A DNA stretch of 64,000 bases from Eledone cirrhosa (GCA_964016885.1 OZ024743.1:206212001-206276000), one strand, 5' to 3'; positions 39,001 through 54,000 are shown, counted from the first letter of the stretch. Numbers and translations: made by a program. The notes: generated by a model from the sequence alone, not told the origin.

Positions 39001-42000
39001 GAAATTATTTGTCCTTGATTTTTTTTACAAATTATCTCCACCTGATTTTTTTTTACAAATCTCCCCCTAATTTTAAAAAAAATTATCTCCCCTTCGCTGG
39101 CTGGAAATTATCTTCCTTTGGACGGTTGGAAATTATAGCCGCTTGTAGGGCTGGAAATTATCTCCCCTTGGACGGCTGGGAATTATCTCCCCTTGATTTT
39201 TTTACTAATTATCTCACCCTGATTTTTTTTTACAAATTATCTCCGCCTCATTTTTTAAAAAAAATTATCTCCCCTTGGCTGGATGGAAATTATCTCCCCT
39301 TGGACGGCTGGAAATTATCTCCCATTGATTTCTTCTACAAATTATCTACACCTGATTTTTTTTTTACAAATTATCTCTCCCTGATTTTTTTTTACAAATA
39401 TCTCCCCTTGGCTGGCTGGAAATTATCTCCCGTTGGCTGGCTGGAAATTATCTCCCCTTGGACGGCTGGAAATTATCTCCCATTGATTTTTTTTACAAAT
39501 TATCTCCCCTTGGCTGGCTGGAAATTATCTCCCCTTGGCTGGCTGGAAATTATCTCCCCCTGATATTTTTTTACAAATTAGCTCCCCCTGATTTTTTTTT
39601 ACAAATTATCTCCCCCTGATTTTTTTTTTTACAAATTATCTCCGCCTGATTTTTTAAAAATTATCTCCCCTCTGCTGGATGGAAATTATCTCCCCTTGGA
39701 CGGCTGGAAATTATCTCCCCTTGGAAGGATGGAAATTATCTCCCCTTGGACGGCTGGAAATTATCTCCCCTTGGACGGCTAGAAATTACCTCTCCTTGTA
39801 CGGCTGGAAATTATCTCCCCTTGAACGGCTGGAAATTATCTCCCCTTGGACGGCTGGAAATTATCTCCCCTTGGACGGCTGGAAATTACCTCTCCTTGGA
39901 CGGCTGGAAATTATCTCCCCTTGGACGGCTGGAAATTATCTCCCCTTGGACGGCTGGAAATTATTTCCCCTTGATTTTTTTTACAAATTATCTCCCCCTG
40001 ATTTTTTTTACAAATCTCCCCCTAATTTAAAAAAAAATTATCTCCCCTTCGCTGGCTGGAAATTATCTCCCTTTGGACGGCTTGAAATTATAGCTGCTTG
40101 TAGGGCTGGAAATTATCTCCCCTTGGACGGCTGGAAATTACCTTTCCTTCGACGGCTGAAAATTATCTCCCCTTGGACGGCTGGAAATTATCTCCCCCTG
40201 ATTTTTTTTTACAAATTATCTCCGCCTGATTTTTTTTTAAAAATTATCTCCCCTTGGCTGGATGGAAATTTTCTCCCCTTGGACGGCTGGAAATTATCTC
40301 CCCTTTATGTTTTCTACAAATTATCTACCCCTGATTTTTTTTTTACGAATTATCTCTCCCTGATTTTTTTTACAAATATCTCCCCTTGGCTGGCTGGAAA
40401 TTATCTCCCCTTGGCTGGCTGGAAATTATCTCCCCTTGGACGGCTGGAAATTATCTCCCCTTGGACGCCTAGAAATCACCTCTACTTGGACAGCTGTAAA
40501 TTATCTCCCCTTGGACGGCTGGAAATTATCTCGCCTTGGACGGCTGGAAATTATCTCCCCTTGATTTTGTATACAAATTATCTCACCCTGATTTTTTTTT
40601 ACAAATTATCTGCCCCTGATTATTTTTTTACAAATTAGCTCCGCCTGATTTTTTTTTAAAATTATCTCCCCTTGGACGGCTGGAAATTATCTCCCCTTGG
40701 ACGGCTGGAAATTATCTCCCCTTGAACGGCTAGAAATTACCTCTCCTTGGACGGCTGAAAATTATCTCCCCTTGGACGGCTGGAAATTATCTCCCCTTGA
40801 TTTTTTTACAAATTATCTCCCCCTGATTTTTTTTTTACAAATTATCTCCGCCTGATTTTTTTTTAAAATTATCTCCCCTTGGACGGCTGGAAATTATCTC
40901 CCCTTGGACGGCTGGAAATTATCTCCCCTTGATTTTTTTTACAAATTATCTCCCCCTGATTTTTTTTTACAAATTATCTCCCCCTGATTTTTTTTTACAA
41001 ATTATCTCCCCCTGATTTTTTTTTACAAATTATCTCCTGATTTTTTTTACAAATTATCTCCCCTTGGCTGGCTGGAAATTATCTCCCCTTGGAGGCTGGA
41101 AATTATCTCCCCTTGGACGGCTAGAAATTACCTCTCCTTGGACGGCTGGAAATTATCTGCCCTTGGACGGCTGGAAATTATCTCCCCTTGGACGGCTGGA
41201 AATTATTTCCCCTTGATTTTTTTTACAAATTATCTCCCCCTGATTTTTTTTTACAAATCTCCCCCTAATTTTAAAAAAAATTATCTCCCCTTCGCTGGCT
41301 GGAAATTATCTTCCTTTGGACGGTTGGAAATTATAGCCGCTTGTAGGGCTGGAAATTATCTCCCCTTGGAAGGATGGAAATTATCTCCCCTTGGACGGCT
41401 GGAAATTATCTCCCATTGATTTCTTCTACAAATTATCTACCCCTGATTTTTTTTTTACAAATTATCTCTCCCTGATTTTTTTTTACAAATATCTCCCCTT
41501 GGCTGGCTGGAAATTATCTCCCGTTGGCTGGCTGGAAATTATCTCCCCTTGGACGGCTGGAAATTATCTCCCATTGATTTTTTTTACAAATTATCTCCCC
41601 TTGGCTGGCTGGAAATTATCTCCCCTTGGCTGGCTGGAAATTATCTCCCCCTGATATTTTTTTACAAATTAGCTCCCCCTGATTTTTTTTTACAAATTAT
41701 CTCCCCCTGATTTTTTTTTTTACAAATTATCTCCGCCTGATTTTTTTAAAATTATCTCCCCTTGGCTGGATGGAAATTATCTCCCCTTGGACGGCTGGAA
41801 ATTATCTCCCCTTGGAAGGATGGAAATTATCTCCCCTTGGACGGCTGGAAATTATCTCCCCTTGCACGGCTGGAAATTATCTCCCCTTGGACGGCTAGAA
41901 ATTACCTCTCCTTGGACGGCTGAAAATTATCTCCCCTTGGACGGCTGGAAATTATCTCCCCCTGATTTTTTTTACAAATTATCTCCCCTTGCACGGCTGG

Positions 42001-45000
42001 AAATTATCTCCCCTTGGACGGCTGGAAATTATCTGCCCTTGATTTTGTTTTTACAAATTATCTCCCCCTGATTTTTTTTACAAATTATCTCCACCTGATA
42101 TTTAAAAAAATTATCTCCCCTTGGACGGCTGGAAATTATCTCCCCTTGGCTGGAAATTATCTCCCCTTGGACGATTAGAAATTATCTCTCTTTGGACGGC
42201 TGGAAATTATCTCCCCTTGATTTTTTTTACAAATTATCTCCCCCTGATTTTTTTTACAAATCTCCCAGTGATTTTTTAAAAAAAATTATCTCCCCTTCGC
42301 TGGCTGGAAATTACCTCCCCTTGGACGCTGGAAATTATAGCCCCTTGGAGGGCTGGAAATTATCTTCCCTTGGACGGCTGGAAATTATCTCCCCTTGATT
42401 TTTTTTACATATTATCACCCCTGATTTTTTTTTACAAATTATCTCCCCCTGATTTTTTTTACAAATTATCTCCCCCTGATTTTTTTACAAATTATCTCCC
42501 CTTGGCTGGGTGGAAATTATCTCCCCTTGGAGGCTGGAATTTATCTCCCCTTGGACGGCTGGAAATTATCTCCCCTTGGACGGCTAGAAATTATCTCCCC
42601 TTGAACGGCTGGAAATTATCTCCCCTTGGACGGCTGGAAATTATCTCCCCTTGGAAGGATGGAAATTATCTCCCCTTGGACGGCTGGAAATTATCTCCCC
42701 TTGCACGGCTGGAAATTATCTTCCCTTGGACGGCTAGAAATTACCTCTCCTTGGACGGCTGAAAATTATCTCCCCTTGGACGGCTGGAAATTATCTCCCC
42801 CTGATTTTTTTTACAAATTATCTCCCCCTGTTTTTTTTTACAAATTATTTCACCCTGATTTTTTTACAAATTATCTCCCCCTGATTTTTTTTACAAATTA
42901 ACTCCGCCTGATTTTTTTAAATATGATCTTCCCTTGGCTGGCGGAAAATCATCTCCCCTTGGACGCCTGGAAATTATCTCCCCTTGGAAGGATGGAAATT
43001 ATCTCCCCTTGGACGGCTGGAAATTATCTCCCCTTGCACTGCTGGAAATTATCTCCCCTTGGACGGCTGGAAATTATCTGCCCTTGATTTTGATTTTACA
43101 AATTATCTTCCCCTGATTTTTTTTACAAATTATTTCCACCTGATTTTTTAAAAAATTATCTCCCCTTGGACGGCTGGAAATTATCTCCCCTTGGCTGGAA
43201 ATTATCTCCCCTTGGACGATTAGAAATTATCTCTCTTTGGACGGCTGGAAATTATCTCCCCTTGATTTTTTTTACAAATTATCTCCCCCTGATTTTTTTT
43301 ACAAATCTCCCAGTGATTTTTTTAAAAAGATTATCTCCCCTTCGCTGGCTGGAAATTATCTCCCCTTGGACGCTGGAAATTATAGCCCCTTGGAGGGCTG
43401 GAAGTTATCTTCCCTTGGAGGGCTGGAAATTATCTTCCCTTGGACGGCTGGAAATTATCTCCCCTTGATTTTTTTTACAAATTATCTCCTCCTGATTTTT
43501 TTTTACAAATTATCTCCCTCTGATTTTTTTTTTAACAATTATCTCCACCTGATTTTTTTAAAAATTATTTCCCCTTGGACGGCTGGAAATTATCTCCCCT
43601 TGGACGGCTGGAAATTATCTCCCCTTGGACGGCTAGAAATTACCTCTCCTTGGACGGCTGAAAATTATCTCCCCTTGGACGGCTGGAAATTATCTCCCCT
43701 TGATTTTTTTTACAAATTATCTCCCCCTGATTTTTTTTTACAAATTATCTCCCCCTGATTTTTTTTTACAAATTATCTCCCCCTGATTTTTTTTTACAAA
43801 TTATCTCCTGATTTTTTTTACAAATTATCTCCCCTTGGCTGGCTGGAAATTATCTCCCCTTGGAGGCTGGAAATTATCTCCCCTTGGACGGCTAGAAATT
43901 ACCTCTCCTTGGACGGCTGGAAATTATCTGCCCTTGGACGGCTGGAAATTATCTCCCCTTGGACGGCTGGAAATTATTTCCCCTTGATTTTTTTACAAAT
44001 TATCTCCCCCTGATTTTTTTTTACAAATCTCCCCCTAATTTTAAAAAAAATTATCTCCCCTTCGCTGGCTGGAAATTATCTTCCTTTGGACGGTTGGAAA
44101 TTATAGCCGCTTGTAGGGCTGGAAATTATCTCCCCTTGGACGGCTGGGAATTATCTCCCCTTGATTTTTTTACTAATTATCTCACCCTGATTTTTTTTTA
44201 CAAATTATCTCCGCCTCATTTTTTAAAAAAAATTATCTCCCCTTGGCTGGATGGAAATTATCTCCCCTTGGACGGCTGGAAATTATCTCCCATTGATTTC
44301 TTCTACAAATTATCTACCCCTGATTTTTTTTTTACAAATTATCTCTCCCTGATTTTTTTTTACAAATATCTCCCCTTGGCTGGCTGGAAATTATCTCCCG
44401 TTGGCTGGCTGGAAATTATCTCCCCTTGGACGGCTGGAAATTATCTCCCATTGATTTTTTTTACAAATTATCTCCCCTTGGCTGGCTGGAAATTATCTCC
44501 CCTTGGCTGGCTGGAAATTATCTCCCCCTGATATTTTTTTACAAATTAGCTCCCCCTGATTTTTTTTTACAAATTATCTCCCCCTGATTTTTTTTTTTAC
44601 AAATTATCTCCGCCTGATTTTTTTAAAATTATCTCCCCTTGGCTGGATGGAAATTATCTCCCCTTGGACGGCTGGAAATTATCTCCCCTTGGAAGGATGG
44701 AAATTATCTCCCCTTGGACGGCTGGAAATTATCTCCCCTTGCACGGCTGGAAATTATCTCCCCTTGGACGGCTAGAAATTACCTCTCCTTGGACGGCTGA
44801 AAATTATCTCCCCTTGGACGGCTGGAAATTATCTCCCCCTGATTTTTTTTACAAATTATCTCCCCTTGCACGGCTGGAAATTATCTCCCCTTGGACGGCT
44901 GGAAATTATCTGCCCTTGATTTTGTTTTTACAAATTATCTCCCCCTGATTTTTTTTACAAATTATCTCCACCTGATATTTAAAAAAATTATCTCCCCTTG

Positions 45001-48000
45001 GACGGCTGGAAATTATCTCCCCTTGGCTGGAAATTATCTCCCCTTGGACGATTAGAAATTATCTCTCTTTGGACGGCTGGAAATTATCTCCCCTTGATTT
45101 TTTTTACAAATTATCTCCCCCTGATTTTTTTTACAAATCTCCCAGTGATTTTTTAAAAAAAATTATCTCCCCTTCGCTGGCTGGAAATTACCTCCCCTTG
45201 GACGCTGGAAATTATAGCCCCTTGGAGGGCTGGAAATTATCTTCCCTTGGACGGCTGGAAATTATCTCCCCTTGATTTTTTTTACATATTATCACCCCTG
45301 ATTTTTTTTTACAAATTATCTCCCCCTGATTTTTTTTACAAATTATCTCCCCCTGATTTTTTTACAAATTATCTCCCCTTGGCTGGGTGGAAATTATCTC
45401 CCCTTGGAGGCTGGAATTTATCTCCCCTTGGACGGCTGGAAATTATCTCCCCTTGGACGGCTAGAAATTATCTCCCCTTGAACGGCTGGAAATTATCTCC
45501 CCTTGGACGGCTGGAAATTATCTCCCCTTGGAAGGATGGAAATTATCTCCCCTTGGACGGCTGGAAATTATCTCCCCTTGCACGGCTGGAAATTATCTTC
45601 CCTTGGACGGCTAGAAATTACCTCTCCTTGGACGGCTGAAAATTATCTCCCCTTGGACGGCTGGAAATTATCTCCCCCTGATTTTTTTTACAAATTATCT
45701 GCCCTTGCACGGCTGGAAATTATCTCACCTTGGACGGATGGAAATTATCTGCCCTTGATTTTGTTTTTACAAATGATCTCCCCCTGATTTTTTTTACAAA
45801 TTATCTGCCCCTGATTTTTTTTTTACAAATTATCTCCGCCTGATTTTTTTTTAAAATTATCTCCCCTTGGACGGCTGGAAATTATCTCCCCTTGGACGGC
45901 TGGAAATTATCTCCCCTTGATTTTTTTACAAATTATCTCCGCCTGATTTTTTTTTTACAAATTATCTCCGCCTGATTTTTTTTTAAAATTATCTCCCCTT
46001 GGACGGCTGGAAATTATCTCCCCTTGGACGGCTGGAAATTATCTCCCCTTGATTTTTTTTTCCAAATTATCTCCCCCTGATTTTTTTTTACAAATTATCT
46101 ACCCCTGATTTTTTTTATACAAATTATCTCCCCCTGATTTTTTTTACAAATTATCTCCCCCTGATTTTTTTTTTACAAATTATCTCCCCCCGATTTTTTT
46201 ACAAATTATCTCCCCCTGATTTTTTTTACAAATTATCTCCGCCTGATTTTTTAAAGTATTATCTTCCCTTGGCTGGCGGGAAATTATCTCCCCTTGGACG
46301 GCTGGAAATTATCTCCCCTTGGAAGGATGGAAACTATCTCCCCTTGGACGGCTGGAAATTATCTCCCCTTGCACTGCTGGAAATTATCTCCCCTTGGACG
46401 GCTGGAAATTATCTGCCCTTGATTTTGTTTTTACAAATTATCTTCCCCTGATTTTTTTTACAAATTATCTCCACCTGATTTTTTAAAAAATTATCTCCCC
46501 TTGGACGGCTGGAAATTATCTCCCCTTGGCTGGAAATTATCTCCCTTTGGCTGGCTGGAAATTATCTCCCCCTGATATTTTTTTACAAATTAGCTCCCCC
46601 TGATTTTTTTTTACAAATTATCTCCCCCTGATTTTTTTCACAAATTATCTCCCCCTGATTTTTTTTACAAATTATCTCCTCTGATTTAAAAAAAAAAATT
46701 ATCTCCCCTTGGACGGCTGGAAATTATCTCCCCTTGGACGGCTGGAAATTATCGCCCCCTGATTTGTTTTAACAAATTATCTCCACCTGATTTTTTTACA
46801 AATCATCTCCGCCTGATTTTTTTAAAAAATTATCTCCCTTGGCTTGCTGGAAATTATCTCCCCTTGGACGGCTATGAATTATCTCTCCTTCGACGGCTGG
46901 AAATTATCTCCACTTGATTTTTTTACAAATTATCTCCCCGTGATTTTTTTTTACCAATCTACCCCTGATTTAAAAAAAAAAATTATCTCCCCTTCGCTGG
47001 CTGGAAATTATCTCCCCTTGGACGGCTGGAAATTATCTCCCCTTGATTTTTTTTACAAATTATCTCCCCCTGATTTTTTTTTACAAATTATCTCCCCCTG
47101 ATTTTTTTTTTTACAAATTATCTCCGCCTGATTTTTTAAAAATTATCTCTCCTTGGCTGGATGGAAATCATCTCCCCCTGATTTTTTTTACAAATTATCT
47201 CCCCTTGCACGGCTGGAAATTATCTCCCCTTGGACGGCTGGAAATTATCTCCCGTTGGCTGCAAATTATCTCCCCTTGGACGGCTAGAAATTACCTCTCT
47301 TTGGACGGCTGGAAATTATCTCCCCTTGATTTTTTTTACAAATTATCTCCCCCTGATTTTATTTTACATATTATCTACCCCTGATTTTTTTTACAAATTA
47401 TCTCCCCCTGATTTTTTTTTTACAAATTATCTGCCCCTGATTTTTTTACAAATTATCTCCCACTGATTTATTTTACAAATTATCTCCGCCTGATTTTTTT
47501 AAATATTATCTTCCCTTGGCTGGCGGGAAATTATCTCCCCTTGGACGGCTGGAAACTATCTCCCCTTGGACAGCTGGAAATTATCTGCCCTTGATTTTGT
47601 TTTTACAAATTATCTCCCCCTGATTTTTTTTACAAATTATCTCCACCTGATTTTTTAAAAAATTATCTCCCCTTGGACGGCTGGAAATTATCTCCCCTTG
47701 GCTGGAAATTATCTCCCCTTGGACGGCTAGAAATTATCTCTCTTTGGACGGCTGGAAATTATCTCCCTTTGATTTTTTTTACAAATTATCTCCCTCTGAT
47801 TTTTTTTACAAATCTCCCCTTGATTTTTTTAAAAAATTATCTCCCCTTTGCTGGCTGGAAATTATCTCCCCTTGGACACTGGAAATTATAGACCCTTGGA
47901 GGGCTGGAAATTATCTTCCCTTGGACGGCTGGAAATTATCTCCTCTTGATTTTTTTTACAAATTATCTCCCCCTGATTTTTTTTTACAAATTATCTCCGC

Positions 48001-51000
48001 CTGATTTTTTTTTTAAAATTATCTCCCCTTGGCTGGATGGAAATTTTCTCCCCTTGGACGGCTGGAAATTATCTCCCCTTTATGTCTTCTACAAATTATC
48101 TGGCCCTGATTTTTTTTTACAAATTATCTCTCCCTGATTTTTTTTACAAATATCTCCCCTTGGCTGGCTGGAAATTATCTCCCCTTCGCTGGCTGGAAAT
48201 TATCTCCCATTGGACGGCTGGAAATTATCTCCCCTTGGACGCCTAGAAATTACCTCTCCTTGGACAGCTGTAAATTATCTCCCCTTGGACGGCTGGAAAT
48301 TATCTCGCCTTGGACGGCTGGAAATTATCTCCCCTTGATTTTGTATACAAATTATCTCCCCCTGATTTTTTTTTACAAATTATCTGCCCCTGATTATTTT
48401 TTTACAAATTAGCTCCGCCTGATTTTTTTTAAAAATTATCTCCCCTTGGACGGCTGGAAATTATCTCCCCTTGGACGGCTGGAAATTATCTCCCCTTGAA
48501 CGGCTAGAAATTACCTCTCCTTGGACGGCTTAAAATTATCTCCCCTTGGACGGCTGGAAATTATCTCCCCTTGATTTTTTTACAAATTATCTCCCCCTGA
48601 TTTTTTTTTACAAATTATCTCCCCCTGATTTTTTTTTTACAAATTATCTACCCCTGATTTTTTTTTCCAAATTATCTCCCCCTGATTTTTTTTTACAAAT
48701 TATCTCCCCCTGATTTTTTTTTACAAATTATCTCCCCCTGATTTTTTTACAAATTATCTCCCCTTGGCTGGCTGGAAATTATCTCCCCTTGGAGACTGGA
48801 ATTTATCTCCCCTTGGACGGCTGGAAATTATCTCCCCTTGGACGGCTAGAAATTACCTCTCCTTGGACGGCTGGAAATTATCTCCCCTTGAACGGCTGGA
48901 AATTATCTCCCCTTGGACGGCTGGAAATTATCTCCCCTTGGACGGCTGGAAATTACCTCTCCTTGGACGGCTGGAAATTATCTCCCGTTGGCTGCAAATT
49001 ATCTCCCCTTGGACGGCTAGAAATTACCTCTCTTTGGACGGCTGGAAATTATCTCCCCTTGATTTTTTTTACAAATTATCTCCCCCTGATTTTTTTTACA
49101 AATCTCCCAGTGATTTTTAAAAAAAAATTATCTCCCCTTCGCTGGCTGGAAATTATCTCCCCTTGGACGCTGGAAATTATAGCCCCTTGGAGGGCTGGAA
49201 ATTATCTTCCCTTGGACGGCTGGAAATTATCTCCCCTTGATTTTTTTTACATATTATCTCCCCCTGATTTTTTTTCACAAATTATCTCCGATTTTTTTCT
49301 ACAAATTATCTGCCCCTGATTATTTTTTTACAAATTAGCTCCGCCTGATTTTTTTTAAAAATTATCTCCCCTTGGACGGCTGGAAATTATCTCCCCTTGG
49401 ACGGCTGGAAATTATCTCCCCTTGAACGGCTAGAAATTACCTCTCCTTGGACGGCTGAAAATTATCTCTCCTTGGACGGCTGGAAATTATCTCCCCTTGA
49501 TTTTTTTACAAATTATCTCCCCCTGATTTTTTTTTACAAATTATCTACCCCTGATTTTTTTTTCCAAATTATCTCCCCCTGATTTTTTTTTTACAAATTA
49601 TCTCCCCCTGATTTTTTTTTACAAATTATCTCCCCCTGATTTTTTTACAAATTATCTCCCCTTGGCTGGCTGGAAATTATCTCCCCTTGGAGGCTGGAAT
49701 TTATCTCCCCTTGGACGGCTGGAAATTATCTCCCCTTGGACGGCTAGAAATTACCTCTCCTTGGACGGCTGGAAATTATCTCCCCTTGAACGGCTGGAAA
49801 TTATCTCCCCTTGGACGGCTGGAAATTATCTCCCCTTGGACGGCTGGAAATTACCTCTCCTTGGACGGCTGGAAATTATCTCCCCTTGGACGGATGGAAA
49901 TTATCTCCCCTTGGACGGCTGGAAATTATTTCCCCTTGATTTTTTTTACAAATTATCTCCCCCTGATTTTTTTTACAAATATCCCCCTAATTTAAAAAAA
50001 AATTATCTCCCCTTCGCTGGCTGGAAATTATCTCCCTTTGGACGGCTGGAAATTATAGCTGCTTGTAGGGCTGGAAATTATCTCCCCTTGGACGGCTGGA
50101 AATTATCTCCCCTTCATTTTTTTACTAATTATCTCCCCCTGATTTTTTTTTACAAATTATCTCCGCCTGATTTTTAAAAAAAAATTATCTCCCCTTGGCT
50201 GGATGGTAATTTTCTCCCCTTGGACGGCTGGAAATTATGTCCCCTTTATGTCTTCTACAAATTATCTACCCCTGATTTTTTTTACAAATATCTACCCTTG
50301 GCTGGCTGGAAATTATCTCCCCTTGGACGGCTGGAAATTATCTCCCCTTGGACGCCTAGAAATTACCTCTCCTTGGACAGCTGTAAATTATCTCCCCTTG
50401 GACGGCTGGAAATTATCTCGCCTTGGACGGCTGGAAATTATCTCCCCTTGATTTTGTATACAAATTATCTCCCCCTGATTTTTTTTTACAAATTATCTGC
50501 CCCTGATTATTTATTTTACAAATTAGCTCCGCCTGATTTTTTTTTAAAATTATCTCCCCTTGGACGGCTGGAAATTATCTCCCCTTGGACGGCTGGAAAT
50601 TATCTCCCCTTGATTTTTTTACAAATTATCTCCCCCAGATTTTTTTTTTACAAATTATCTCCCCCTGATTTTTTTTACAAATTATCTCCCCCTGTTTTTT
50701 TTTACAAATTATTTCACCCTGATTTTTTTACAAATTATCTCCCCCTGATTTTTTTTACAAATTATCTCCGCCTGATTTTTTTAAATATGATCTTCCCTTG
50801 GCTGGCGGAAAATCATCTCCCCTTGGACGCCTGGAAATTATCTCCCCTTGGAAGGATGGAAATTATCTCCCCTTGGACGGCTGGAAATTATCTCCCCTTG
50901 CACTGCTGGAAATTATCTCCCCTTGGACGGCTGGAAATTATATGCCCTTGATTTTGATTTTACAAATTATCTTCCCCTGATTTTTTTTACAAATTATTTC

Positions 51001-54000
51001 CACCTGATTTTTTAAAAAATTATCTCCCCTTGGAAGGCTGGAAATTATCTCCCCTTGGCTGGAAATTATCTCCCCTTGGACGATTAGAAATTATCTCTCT
51101 TTGGACGGCTGGAAATTATCTCCCCTTGATTTTTTTTACAAATTATCTCCCCCTGATTTTTTTTACAAATCTCCCAGTGATTTTTTTAAAAAAATTATCT
51201 CCCCTTCGCTGGCTGGAAATTATCTCCCCTTGGACGCTGGAAATTATAGCCCCTTGGAGGGCTGGAAGTTATCTTCCCTTGGAGGGCTGGAAATTATCTT
51301 CCCTTGGACGGCTGGAAATTATCTCCCCTTGATTTTTTTTACAAATTATCTCCCCCTGATTTTTTTTTACAAATTATCTCCCCCTGATTTTTTTTTTACC
51401 AATTATCTCCTACTGATTTTTTTAAAAATTATTTCCCCTTGGACGGCTGGAAATTATCTCCCCTTGGACGGCTGGAAATTATCTCCCCTTGGACTGCTAG
51501 AAATTACCTCTCCTTGGACGGCTGAAAATTATCTCCCCTTGGACGGCTGGAAATTATCTCCCCTTGATTTTTTTTACAAATTATCTCCCCCTGATTTTTT
51601 TTTACAAATTATCTCCCCCTGATTTTTTTTTACAAATTATCTCCCCCTGATTTTTTTTTACAAATTATCTCCTGATTTTTTTTACAAATTATCTCCCCTT
51701 GGCTGGCTGGAAATTATCTCCCCTTGGAGGCTGGAAATTATCTCCCCTTGGACGGCTAGAAATTACCTCTCCTTGGACGGCTGGAAATTATCTGCCCTTG
51801 GACGGCTGGAAATTATCTCTCCTTGGACGGCTGGAAATTATCTGCCCTTGGACGGCTGGAAATTATCTCCCCTTGGACGGCTGGAAATTATTTGTCCTTG
51901 ATTTTTTTTACAAATTATCTCCACCTGATTTTTTTTTACAAATCTCCCCCTAATTTTAAAAAAAATTATCTCCCCTTCGCTGGCTGGAAATTATCTTCCT
52001 TTGGACGGTTGGAAATTATAGCCGCTTGTAGGGCTGGAAATTATCTCCCCTTGGACGGCTGGGAATTATCTCCCCTTGATTTTTTTACTAATTATCTCAC
52101 CCTGATTTTTTTTTACAAATTATCTCCGCCTCATTTTTTAAAAAAAATTATCTCCCCTTGGCTGGATGGAAATTATCTCCCCTTGGACGGCTGGAAATTA
52201 TCTCCCATTGATTTCTTCTACAAATTATCTACACCTGATTTTTTTTTTACAAATTATCTCTCCCTGATTTTTTTTTACAAATATCTCCCCTTGGCTGGCT
52301 GGAAATTATCTCCCGTTGGCTGGCTGGAAATTATCTCCCCTTGGACGGCTGGAAATTATCTCCCATTGATTTTTTTTACAAATTATCTCCCCTTGGCTGG
52401 CTGGAAATTATCTCCCCTTGGCTGGCTGGAAATTATCTCCGCCTGATATTTTTTTACAAATTAGCTCCCCCTGATTTTTTTTTACAAATTATCTCCCCCT
52501 GATTTTTTTTTTTACAAATTATCTCCGCCTGATTTTTTAAAAATTATCTCCCCTCTGCTGGATGGAAATTATCTCCCCTTGGACGGCTGGAAATTATCTC
52601 CCCTTGGAAGGATGGAAATTATCTCCCCTTGGACGGCTGGAAATTATCTCCCCTTGGACGGCTAGAAATTACCTCTCCTTGTACGGCTGGAAATTATCTC
52701 CCCTTGAACGGCTGGAAATTATCTCCCCTTGGACGGCTGGAAATTATCTCCCCTTGGACGGCTGGAAATTACCTCTCCTTGGACGGCTGGAAATTATCTC
52801 CCCTTGGACGGCTGGAAATTATCTCCCCTTGGACGGCTGGAAATTATTTCCCCTTGATTTTTTTTACAAATTATCTCCCCCTGATTTTTTTTACAAATCT
52901 CCCCCTAATTTAAAAAAAAATTATCTCCCCTTCGCTGGCTGGAAATTATCTCCCTTTGGACGGCTTGAAATTATAGCTGCTTGTAGGGCTGGAAATTATC
53001 TCCCCTTGGACGGCTGGAAATTACCTTTCCTTCGACGGCTGAAAATTATCTCCCCTTGGACGGCTGGAAATTATCTCCCCCTGATTTTTTTTTACAAATT
53101 ATCTCCGCCTGATTTTTTTTTAAAAATTATCTCCCCTTGGCTGGATGGAAATTTTCTCCCCTTGGACGGCTGGAAATTATCTCCCCTTTATGTTTTCTAC
53201 AAATTATCTACCCCTGATTTTTTTTTTACGAATTATCTCTCCCTGATTTTTTTTACAAATATCTCCCCTTGGCTGGCTGGAAATTATCTCCCCTTGGCTG
53301 GCTGGAAATTATCTCCCCTTGGACGGCTGGAAATTATCTCCCCTTGGACGCCTAGAAATCACCTCTACTTGGACAGCTGTAAATTATCTCCCCTTGGACG
53401 GCTGGAAATTATCTCGCCTTGGACGGCTGGAAATTATCTCCCCTTGATTTTGTATACAAATTATCTCACCCTGATTTTTTTTTACAAATTATCTGCCCCT
53501 GATTATTTTTTTACAAATTAGCTCCGCCTGATTTTTTTTTAAAATTATCTCCCCTTGGACGGCTGGAAATTATCTCCCCTTGGACGGCTGGAAATTATCT
53601 CCCCTTGAACGGCTAGAAATTACCTCTCCTTGGACGGCTGAAAATTATCTCCCCTTGGACGGCTGGAAATTATCTCCCCTTGATTTTTTTACAAATTATC
53701 TCCCCCTGATTTTTTTTTTACAAATTATCTCCGCCTGATTTTTTTTTAAAATTATCTCCCCTTGGACGGCTGGAAATTATCTCCCCTTGGACGGCTGGAA
53801 ATTATCTCCCCTTGATTTTTTTTACAAATTATCTCCCCCTGATTTTTTTTTACAAATTATCTCCCCCTGATTTTTTTTTACAAATTATCTCCCCCTGATT
53901 TTTTTTTACAAATTATCTCCTGATTTTTTTTACAAATTATCTCCCCTTGGCTGGCTGGAAATTATCTCCCCTTGGAGGCTGGAAATTATCTCCCCTTGGA

